DNA of 64,000 nucleotides, taken from assembly GCA_000934665.2 (NCBI GenBank), contig KZ538139.1, forward strand, positions 1-64,000, read 5' to 3'. Origin of the DNA: Catajapyx aquilonaris. Taxonomy: Eukaryota. The notes beneath the pieces are model-generated. The model did no database searches. It worked only from the letters and a program-made list of their open reading frames with translations, and was not told where the DNA came from. Positions 1 to 11,024 of this stretch are shown here, piece by piece. Position numbers and translations under genes: made by a program. Each line of letters begins with the position of its first letter. The first letter of the stretch is position 1.

Positions 1-195
1 ATGGCGGGACTAGGAGAGCAACCCCCCTTGTCCGCCATGAATGAGCTTCCGAGACAGCCGCCAGGTGTCAGCCACTTCTACGGGTCTTCCCAATACACTC
101 TAGGGACCCAGTTGCCAGGCACCTGTCCGTTTCTCGCGAAACAACCCAATAATGTAAGGCCCCAGCCAATGTAAAATGTCCTCCTTCGATTAAAG

Positions 196-1801
196 GTTGT
201 GCAGCCTCTTCAAAGGATGATGCTTCAGTGCTTGTGGCAAGGGAAACCCATAAACTGTTCAGAAATCTTCGAATTAACCAGAACTGACGAAGGATATTGC
301 TGGGCCTTCAATGCTGAACCAATGAGGCACATTGGACCAGGACAAGTCCACAAGTGAGTCTAATTCCTGTAACACATTAACTTCACACACTGTTGAGTAG
401 TAGATTATGGAGAATTACATAGTACAGGTATCTTCACATACTCAATATATTTATTTACCTTGCATAGAAATGTGGATTTTCATTTTTATGATGAGAACTA
501 CCAAGAACCAGGATATGCTTCTGGTGGTGGAAAACAACCAACTCACCCTTACTACCAAAAGCTATCTTCTCACAAAGTCGCAATCAAAAAAGAGTCAGAA
601 CATGCCGAGCCTATGACTGTTCATGCAGCAGGTCCAAATATGGGATTGATTGTCCTTCTAAATCCGGATCAACACGAGTACGTCGCAAACTCGAACAACT
701 TTTACGGATTCAAGGTACAGTATACGGCTGGCGGTAGAGTCAGATGAGGGCACCTACAGTGAAAGCGTTCTTTCAGATATTAATTCATGACCCCGAGGAC
801 TTCCCGGACATCGGCACGAAAGGATTTATCTCCAACTCCGGTAAGGAAGTGTTTGCGGCAGTGACTGCCACCAACACCCTCAGCTCGGAGGAGATCACGA
901 GTCTTCCTCCGGACACCAGACGGTGCTTCCTTCACCACCACGAGCGAGACCTCAACTTCTACAGTTCCTACAGCTATCCCAACTGCCTCTTGGAGTGCCG
1001 AGTGGCTGCCATGAACTACACCTGCAAGTGCATCCCATACATCTACAACCATCTGCGTAAGGGCGACACTGCAGGTGACTTGTGTTACTCCACGTGATTC
1101 ATTGTCTTGTACTATGCTTGCAGGAAATGCAAAGATATGTGATTACAACGAGATGATGTGCATCCTCAACAATACCCGTATGATACATACACATCCTACA
1201 CTATACTTCATACAAAATAATATTGAAGACTTCATAACATTTATATACCCACAGGAAAATTCTCGTCTATTAGAGACAGAAATGACCCCAGCATGCTGAA
1301 GGACACGATAAGCTGTGCTTGTCCAAAAACATGTGAAGAGAAACGGTACTACCCTGAGGTGACTTATGCTGACTTCCCTGTGTTTTTTGAGGAGATCACA
1401 ATACCACCTGAAGTAGGCGAAGTAAACATGTGAGTGACCCTACGGGAGTACAATACTGATCTTTTATTAATTCATTAAATATTACAGGACAAACTTGGTT
1501 TTACTGAGAGTGTTCTTTAAAGACCTCAGCTTTGTTCTATACCGCCAGCACCTGATGTACTCCTGGGACGACCTTATTGGTAAATTGATTAAACTTATGT
1601 GTTAATATCTACGAAAGAGAGCAATAATAATTTTTAACACACATGTTTAACATTTCAGCCTCCTTCGGGGGCATAGTCAGTCTCTTCATTGGATTTAGTT
1701 TTCTGAGTGTGGCAGAATTAATCTACTATTTTATTTTGAAGCCTATAATAAGACAGATTGGTTTATTCAAACGCAGGAAAATTGATCATTCGACACATTA
1801 G
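196..1801 (+). CDS. Pickpocket-type DEG/ENaC subunit, copy 1 (exons 4-10; canonical 5' exons not in window)
   Basis: Exons 196-353, 468-714, 777-1056, 1124-1177, 1255-1429, 1488-1579, 1659-1801 with GT-AG borders and consistent phase. Motifs TDEGYCWAFN, YSYPNCLLEC, CKCIPY, CACPKTC and TM2 FGGIVSLFIGFSFLSVAE. Confidence 0.9.
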
Positions 1802-2869
1802 TTTCATTCATAATATGCATAAACCTAATGTGTGTAATATTCTAGTGGTATCATTTGCATATTATATTATATGCAATTGATACCACTAGAAGAGTTTAAA
1901 AGGGGATTTGGTTACATTAGAAAGGAAATGAAGCGACTGGCCAACACATGGAGGTGTCCGGATATTAATTTAGTCAACAGCTACTTACAATAACTTATTA
2001 TTCCTTATGGTAACTCAAACTATCCGCCATCAAATAAAGCTTTGCTTCTGAAATGATATTTGCAAATGCAATATTCCGATGTACGATGGAAATGAACCTT
2101 GAAATACTCACATAAAGCCTCATAAATATATTCTTACACCAGTTGTTGTCAACGTTATTTCACCTATCCTCTTATGCATTACAATATGTGCCTTTCCAAA
2201 TTGTGTTTATGTGCGTGCCTCCTTGTGTACAAACACTTATTTACTGAAATATTACATAAGGCTGGATCAATGTGCATTTTATTCCGGGTATTTGATCTTG
2301 TGTTTCTTGCCAAATTCTTCCTTCCCAGTGGAACACGTTGCAGCCAATTAATTATCTAGAGCTCAAAGCATTGATTGCCATGTGCTGCCGCTGTCGTGAC
2401 TCCGACGCTCTTTCCTATGACTGTTGGGATATAATTACGTGTCTTCGTACCACTGAAAGCGATAAATCTAGTATACGTTGGACACCACCTTACGCATAAC
2501 ATCACGATTGAATGAGTGATATTACACACAGGTCGACCGTGGTGAAGGGCATTTATAGTTGAGAACGTCCCTGTCAAGTATAGTCCAGGGAGTGTATTAC
2601 ATCTGACGCAGTCTACAGTACTTTTATGGTGAGTGTATTGGTCTAATATTATCAGTACTGGTGCAGTTTTATTACCTTGTAATATATTGGAAACTGTAAG
2701 CCCCTGCTTATGTCTGTCAGTACCAAGATGGCGTACATCGTTCTAAGGTTGTCTGGCAGTTGCGGTAGTCGCTTCGAAGCAATGAATCGGGGAGACCTGT
2801 ACCGTTTGAGAATACTTTGTATTCTTGGGACATACATAAAAATCTAGCCACTATTCGCAAGTTGCCAGA

Positions 2870-3694
2870 AAGCGAACAACGCGACGAGTCCCCACAAGTG
2901 TGTGTCGTCATAAAACATTACTTCTCCAATGTCTCTTCATGTCTTGAAGTATGTTGCGGAAGACAGCACTCATACAGGAGAAAAGTAAGTCATTTTATGT
3001 ACCAGAAGAACTACGATTATGCAGATATTTTTGAACAGTAATGTCTAATATGCGATTTGGTAGGCATTTCCACCATTGAATGTCAACAGTATTATTTTCC
3101 AGGATATTCTGGATAATATGTTTTGTCACAAAAGTTTGATCGGAGCCATAGTTTTCTTGATGCCATGCTTCCAAAAATATGCTGAATCTCACAGCATAAC
3201 AAGCGTCGAATCCATGGGAGAACCCATATGGAATATTGAATTCCCGGCAGTGACCATTTGCAACGTGAACAAAGCCCCGGAGACCAAAATGAAGAGAGAA
3301 GCCAAAAAGTATCCGTACGTATATACAGGCACAATTTGAGTATTTTATTAGTAGAAACGGACAATATATGGAGTTTCCCATTTCAGATGGTCCCAATACT
3401 CATATGAAGAAGTCCATGATGTACGTAGTTCACATTCTGTCCAGTATGGGTCGGCTTGACACAGATGAAGTTTATAATTATGGTCGATGAAAAGGCGAAG
3501 GAAACATTCCGTGAACAGGCAGCTATTGTCTTGTACTCTGCTTCCAGGAAATACTAAGATATGTGATTACAATGAGATGATATTTTGCATCCTCAACAAT
3601 ACCTGTATGACACATCCTACACTGCACTTCATACAAAATAATACCATATTGAAGACTGCATAAGATTTATATACCCACAGGAAAATTCTCGTCT
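2870..3694 (+). pseudogene. DEG/ENaC pseudogene, copy 2 (frameshifts, internal deletion, 3' truncated)
   Basis: HG motif degraded to HV with a 2-nt deletion near 2936; +2 near 3130; intact FPAVTICNVNK; frameshifted exon 3. The sequence then jumps at ~3525 to a close match of copy 1 positions 1101-1268, introns included. The 5' boundary is approximate. Confidence 0.85.
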
Positions 3695-3945
3695 TATCTC
3701 CACCAACAAATCTTGAGCAGCACATTGGATGTAAAAGACATCATATGGCATGACTGAAGCCTGCAGAACTATCCACCTGGGAGAACTGACATTTTGAATA
3801 AGCAACAGTACCACCTATAGTCCCATAATGAAAATGAGGCTGATTTTAAAAAAATCTAGTCATTTTATTTTTTAAAAAAACCCAGAGAGTACACCACCTT
3901 GGCATGGATTTCCTCAGACAGGAAGAAAAGAGTGTCATACTAGAA

Positions 3946-4907
3946 TCAACCTTCCGGATATTCCATTTCCTCTGCCCACTTGTAGAATGCATATAAGCCT
4001 TTTGTGAGAATCTCTTTGTGCCCATCACGGCAAAATATCATTGCATCGCGGTCCAAGACCAGTACTGTAGGCATTGATGTCACCTCGTAGAAATCGATCA
4101 GCTTTCTGCCAAGAAAAGGAAGCACAAAATAATGATTTGGGTAACATAAAACAAGCTATGAAGCTAACCCACTAATATGTCTATTATTACATCAGGCATT
4201 TAGGTGTAATATGGTTTACAATGAATGAAAGGACAGAACATTCAGTGAAAACGTAAAATCTGTCTATAGACATCATGGAGTACCAGAATATACTTACCTA
4301 TTCAGGATGTCATGTATAGGAAGTCCAAGCCAGTCCCCGTGGAATTCCAGCATTTGTTCACTCATGTCAGCTTGTGACAGGTCACTGCTCACGTACACGA
4401 TTTCAAACATTGGGTGCAGGCGCTGTGTAAGCAAAGTTTCATTTACTGTTCAGTGTGTACATTTCTGTATATGCAAAGAGATTTTCCACCAGAACTTACA
4501 TAATGGAAGTCTACCAGACGAGGTAGAAAAGCGCTGCATGGCACGCTCCATCCTGCTCCAAAGTATAGGGCAAGCATGTTCTTTGGATTTAAGGCCTTTT
4601 CCGCTGGCAATCTCAGCAGCTCATTCTCAGACTTGCGGATGAGTGTCTTTCCTGCAAACAGGCGTGTATACCATTCAGGAAGTGAATCCCTCGAGGAAGT
4701 TGTGGAGGAAATGGACGTAGAGATGGTAGTGGCTAAGTCAGGAGAGACATCCGATCCGCCAAGAGAATCACTGCCAAAATAATCCTCACTGCTATCATTC
4801 CAGAGGAGGGAACTCGCACTGCCAATAGAATCAGCGCTTGCTAGAGAATCTTTGCCGAGGTAGTCTGCTGAATCGACAATCTTCCTTCCGGGGAACCTTG
4901 ATGCCAT
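3946..4907 (-). CDS. Nucleoredoxin-like thioredoxin-fold protein with Ser-rich N-terminal extension and WSVPC site
   Basis: Three coding exons: ...LALYFGAGWSVPCSAFLPRLVDFHY | RLHPMFEIVYVSSDLSQADMSEQMLEFHGDWLGLP... | KLIDFYEVTSMPTVLVLDRD...CRDG...YPEG*. Matches the nucleoredoxin/tryparedoxin pattern LYF-A-W--PC, FEIVFVSSD, HGDWL. Confidence 0.85.
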
Positions 4908-5832
4908 GTCTGTTAAACTCTGTTTTCTACCACCACTGGTGTTGATCTCTGTTGCTGTAGAAACTATCAATTGTTACTGGCCTACAAGTAAAGGCATGCA
5001 AAGTGTGATCATAATGTTATGGTCACACTTTGCATGCCTTTACTACTGTTCAGTGAAAATAATTATCATTGTTGTCAATAATAAACCACAATATATACCA
5101 CTTGATTACATGTCAGTATTTTTGTGTATAGGCCTACTCTGCCATTTTCATTCAAAGTAATTAGGCATACTGAAGCAGGCAGAGGCGCAGAGCATTGAAC
5201 TCGTTTTATTAACACTTGGGATGGCATGACATAAAGCGCATTATTGAATCAACACATATATCTCCTAGTGTCCAGGAATTATTACGTAAATGGTAACCTG
5301 GATATTTCATTGACTGCGAAGACAAACTTATCGTTGCATGGGAAACTTTACGCCCACAGCAGTAGCTACCTTATTTATTAGATACTCTTGCCTTAGAAAG
5401 TGCCTTAGTGCTTAGAAAGAGTGTTGTCTGAAATATGGCTTTTAAAATATTCTTGAACAGTGGAGCATCGTCATATTATAGGCAAGAAGCGCAGCTTGAT
5501 CGTTACCGGCAAGTGAAGACTGAAGGATTTGGGCCCTGTGGGACCCTGTTGGACCTCTGAAGGTAGACAAAGGATTATTTTGTACTTTGCAACAATCTAT
5601 ACAATTAGTGGGCACTTCATATTGCTCTTGTTGGCGCACGTGTACGTCACATGCGTTCTAGAGTGGATCTTTATTAAACGAAAGAGTTTGCGCAGTACAT
5701 TAATAGGCGTATTCGGCAATTCAGATTATTCTGAGATGGGTCACGTGATATCTGAGTTGTTAGCCCCGCCCCTCAGAAGATTATTGCCGAACGGCCGAAC
5801 TGAGAGACCCCCTACCCGCCTGTGCTGCATCC

Positions 5833-5977
5833 CAGTGATATGCCAATGTTCGGGTATTTCGGTGCCGTATTTCGGACGCTTGCGGGTAATGGTGCGGGTA
5901 AAATGAAAATGCGGGTAAAATCGGGTATTTTCAGGTCCTCCCGCGGGGTTTTTGGGCATTTTGCATTGGCAACACTG
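5833..5977. mobile_element. hAT-type MITE (145 bp)
   Basis: Perfect 8-bp TSD CTGCATCC (5825-5832 / 5978-5985); imperfect TIRs cagtgatatgccaatg / cattggcaacactg; internal CGGGTA repeats. Confidence 0.8.
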
Positions 5978-6233
5978 CTGCATCCATAACAATAATTTGT
6001 TTGTTGTTTCTCAGCAAGTAAGTCAGGTCAGGAGTACACTAACATAAGTTCCTGAGCTTGGGAAGTCAGGTAGGGCGCATGCGCACTTACTTCAGGGGGC
6101 GTGGCACCTGATTTGCCGAACATCCAAACAGCCCAGGAAGTCAGATTCCTGAATTGCCGAATACGCCTATTATGTATGTCACGTTTTTGAATCTTCAAAG
6201 CAACCGTTGTTGACAACCAAGAACCAACCGCAT

Positions 6234-6415
6234 ATTGTTGTTACCGCACGCTTCCTATTGGCCCCCGTTCATTGTTTCCTGGACGTATTGTTACCATGAC
6301 GCCTCCGATTGGTCCCCGCTCCGAGAATGCGCAATGGGTGGAAGAACGCCACAGTCGCTTGCTGGACGTCAACGAGGACACATCGCCTCTCCCGTGAAGA
6401 CCCCTACACCCTTCC
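6234..6415 (+). repeat. Dispersed repeat, copy A (family also at 18810-19022; short inverted fragment at ~9912-9935)
   Basis: Shares cctggacgtattgttaccatgacgcctcc, acagtcgcttgctggacgtcaac and gtgaagaccc with 18843-19021. Confidence 0.8.
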
Positions 6416-6853
6416 ACCCTCCTGCACCCACGGTGACCTCACAACAGGGGTATTCCGGGGGTATTCGGGGTATTCCAAAGAGAACATTTTGACCTGCAAA
6501 TAAAACAGCCCCCCTTATTTTTAAGATGTGCTGTACCATGCTGTACGCCAGATAAAACCGTATAGGGTAAAACATACTATTCCACAAAAATGCTACTGTA
6601 TGGATTGGTTTTGCACCATGTTGAGGTCACGTGCTTATTTTTTGATCTCCCCATTTTCATATCTTTCTCACCAGCAAAAAATATATATCAGTAACGTCTT
6701 TGATCTGATAATATAGCTGAAACTTATCCATTACGGAAAAACGTTAGGGTCCCATGCGATTCTTCAATGCACAGGTTTTACTGAATACCGGTATGCTTCT
6801 CGATTCCGCTAACCGACTGACACACAACATCGCCATGTTCGTTCCAGAATCAA

Positions 6854-9499
6854 ATGCAACGATTTAGGAGCACTGTTCAGCAAGTAAACAAATATCGAAG
6901 AGGTATACCTGCATGGAGGAAGACACAAGGGAAGACGTCTCCTGTTGTTCCCATATACTCTTGGGAAAGAGAACTAGGCATTACCAACAACCCTACCCTC
7001 ACCGGCCTAGTGGAACAGGAGCGCAATGGGAGACCCCGCATCTTGTACACTTGCGTCAAAGATTATTGCGAAAATACATCACTTCATGGCTTAAATTACG
7101 TCACTGAAGAAGACACATCCTTTTGGGAAAAGTAAGTACTCTGATCATCTATGGGCGCTACAGTGCATGTGTGATAAGAGTTTATGTGGAGTTTGTTTAT
7201 TGTTTGAATGAAGACTTTGCGTTAACTTATTCTGTCGTTGTTGCAGAATATTTTGGCTGGTTGCTTTCGTCGTCAGTCTGATTGGAGCCACCATGTTTGT
7301 GTGGCCATACTTTTCCAAATATTCGCAAGCTGCCCTTCAAACAGTGGTGGAATCAACGGGAGAGCCCATCTGGGACATCCCATTCCCAGGAGTGACCATT
7401 TGCAACATCAACAAGGCTTTTAAAGACAGGGTCAAAGAGCAAGCTAATGTTTCTCCGTAAGAGGCTACTCTTTTGCTTGCTAATGGTTGGGCAGTAAAAC
7501 ATGACTTTTTTCTCAGGTGGAATAAGTACCATGAAGACGTGGTGACAAAAATTGTCCGAATTTTGTCTCAAATGGGTCAGGTTCACACTGATTCTGAACA
7601 CATAATAAACGAAACCATCAAGAAAGCATATGATGAACATGTGGAAGATACAGATACACTGATGAGAAATGTAAGTCCCCATATTATATTTGTACTGCTA
7701 CAAATTTTTGCGAAAATTACATAATTATCGTCTAATATCTTTACATTTGTGTGTATATTTTATCTGTACATTCTGTACATTGTTGAACCGTCCGTCTCAG
7801 GTGGCCCAATCGAAAGAGAGAATGCTGCTGGAGTGCTTGTGGGTAGGAGAGAGGGTTGATTGCTCAAGCATCTTCGAAGAAACAAGGACTGATGAAGGAT
7901 ACTGCTGGGGATTTAACTCTGAGCCCATGAGATCAGTTCAAGATGGAGAGGTGTACAAGTGAGTAACATTGTCATGAAAAATTGAAATAATTTAATAGTT
8001 GAACTGAGACAAATTAAGTACTGTATCTGTATGATATACAGACCCGTCGAAGGTGCTGCCTTTTATGATGAAAACCAAGCAGGCTCTGATGGCCTTGAAG
8101 TGCAACATGGGTCAGGAGGTCATGGTTCTTATGGCCGAGGAAGCATTCCGCTTTCTGGCAAATTAATGTCTAATAGAATGATTGCCCCGAGAGACGAAGT
8201 TTTATTTTCAAATCAAGCTAAATCTGGACGAATGACTGCAGAAAAGGATGAATTTGTTCCAAGGACTGTTTATGGTGCTGGTCCAACAATGGGACTGACC
8301 GTACTCTTAAATCCAGACGTTAGTGAATACTGGGCAGCAACAAACAACTTTTTCGGCTTCAAGGTTCTGCACTTGTGACTGCGTCCCAATTGGCTGATTA
8401 ATGTCTTGAATTGTATATGCAGGTTTTGGTTCACGATCCGGAAGATTTTCCTGACATTGGCACCCAGGGGTTCATTCCCAATGCAGGTAAAGAAATATTT
8501 GTTGCCGTGACCGCATCAGATACGGTTTGTAATGAAGATATACGGGATCTAAAACCGGAGAAGAGGAAATGTTTCTTCTCACATAATGAGCAGCCTCTCA
8601 ACTTTTACCAGACGTACAGTTACCCTAATTGTCTCCTGGAATGCAAAGTGGCTTCAATGAACAGAACGTGCAAATGTGTTCCATACATCTACAATCAATT
8701 ACGTAAGTGTGGCCACAAGTCAGGAATGACATACGATATGACATTACACCAATATAATGGTCCTAATTTCAGGTAATGTGAAAATATGTGATTACGAGCA
8801 GATGATGTGCATCAACAATCATACCAGTATGATAATGTTCTCTTACCAAAGTTATCAGCGATTATCATACTTTTTTGCTTTTTTATAGGAAAATTTTCGT
8901 CCCTGAAACCAAAAACCGGGAGTACTTCGCAAGGAATGGCAGGCTGTACTTGTCCAAAGGAGTGCGAGGAAAGAAAGTATTTCCCGGAAGTGACCACTGC
9001 TGACTTTCCTGTGTTTCCGGATAATATATTGGTACCCCACATTGATAACCTGAACAAGTAAGTAATTTTTAATAATGACTTGTCAGTAATACGTTCGAAT
9101 TTCGGAAGTATGAGTAAGACTGCTTCAGTTCTTCAAACAGAACTTAAATGAGAGCTATTATGACATAATTTGACACCTGACAGATTTTGTTATTCCCGAT
9201 TTTCAGGTCGACTTTATGTTTACTGCGTGTTTTTTAAGGAGCTCACTTTCACTAAATATCGCCAAAGTTTGGTTTATGACTGGAACGACTTAATATGTAG
9301 ACTTCACGATATTATTTCACTAGGTTAATTGCTGTATGGAGATAGAGCAATCACTAAATGAGCTTCCTTTGTTTCAGCCGCTTTTGGAGGAATTGCTGGT
9401 CTCTTTATTGGATTTAGTTTCATTAGTGGTGTCGAGTTAATATTTTTTTTCGTTGTAAGGCCTCTCTCCAAATATTTAGGTCATTATTTTCAGAAATAA
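6854..9499 (+). pseudogene. DEG/ENaC copy 3; intact through exon 8, frameshift and stop in exon 9 before TM2
   Basis: YCENTSLHGLNY, FPGVTICN and the Cys-rich exons are intact. Exon 9 reads ctgcgtgttttttaag versus ctgcgagtgttttttaag in copy 4 (2-nt deletion), giving TAA at 9235-9237. Confidence 0.75.
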
Positions 9500-11024
9500 A
9501 AACAGCACGAAGGTCACATATAACCAGATGCTTCAGGATAATATTAATCAGTTCATCTATGGGCGTAATATACTGTAACTTCACATTAGGATGAGGAATT
9601 AATGATAATAATTTTCTCTGATCCCATCCCTGGAATTTGACCTTATGTTTCTTTGCCAAACAGCAGTTTCCTTATCTGATACTTCGTGCTAGTGATATTA
9701 ATATTGACATTCCACTGCGACGAGGTCTGTGATTTCCGAATACCGGTACCTGCTATCAGTAGCCTATAATTACTTAATTAGTATCAATTGCTAAAAACAT
9801 GCCCTTATTGAATGTGTCTATCAATCAGAATAGGAAGCTCAAATTCAAAGCGCTCAAAGCGCATAAGCAGAACGCTGGCCAATGGGAAAGTGACGGCAAC
9901 AACTTGGGGACGGACCAATCAGAGGGCTTATACATAGTCTGCAAGCATTTTAATTTTATAGATGTGATGATTTGCAGTCCATTGACTAATTCGGAGTTTA
10001 TTGGACTTGCCTAACAACTGTTAAGGCTCTTCAGCCCTTACACTCCCAATATTTACTCTTAATAATGCAAATACAAAAATCAACTGCAACAAACAATTTT
10101 AAATCGTTGGTAAATCAAGCTTCCGACTTCTTTCAAATCATCCAAACATCAGCGACCATCAGTCATCTCGTCATCACATCTCGCCAAATCGAGAGCAGCA
10201 GCACTATGCGAGTAATTAGTAGTGGAGAAAACTCATAAAGTCGAGGTCTTTCCTCTCGGGTAATTTACACAGTAACGGGCTATTATAAGACCGTGGTCAC
10301 GAGTTAACTGGACCAGGCCTCAGCAGTTCCTGGTTATTTCTAACCCAGATCAAGGTACTGTACAGTAGGCTACAAATAGATCACTTGATTACATGTCAGC
10401 ATGGAGGAATTCCGTTGGTACTTTTGGGTACATTCGGACTTTTTCATGAACATTAATCTTGAAATATAGTTTGGCATACTGTATATTCTGAAGCAGGCAG
10501 AGAATAAAGTCATTTTCTCACATATACTAGTGATGGCGTGACATAAGACGCACGACTTGAATCAACACAAATATCTCCTAGTGTCCATAAATTAATAAAA
10601 TAATGGTAACCTGGATATTTCATTGACTAAGAAGACAAACTTATCGTTGCATGGGAAACTTTACGCCCACAGCTGTAGCAGGTTACGCGTTATTTATTAG
10701 ATACCCTTGTCTTACAGTCAGTGCTTAGGAAGAGTGCGGTGTAAAATATTACTTTTAAAAATATTCCTGAACATTGGAGCATTGTCATATAGGCAAGAAG
10801 AGCAGCTACGTCGTTTCTGGCAAGTGAAGACTGAAGGATTTGTGCCCTGTTGCACCTCTCAAGGTAGACAAATGTGCTTTGCAACAATCTATTCAATTAG
10901 TGGGCACTTCATATTGTTGTTACTGGCGCACGTATGTCTCAGGTGTTCTGAAGTGGATTACTAATAATGTGGGTGGTGTTAGCTTTGGTCCGACAGTACA
11001 TTGCCATATTCATTCCAGAAACAA

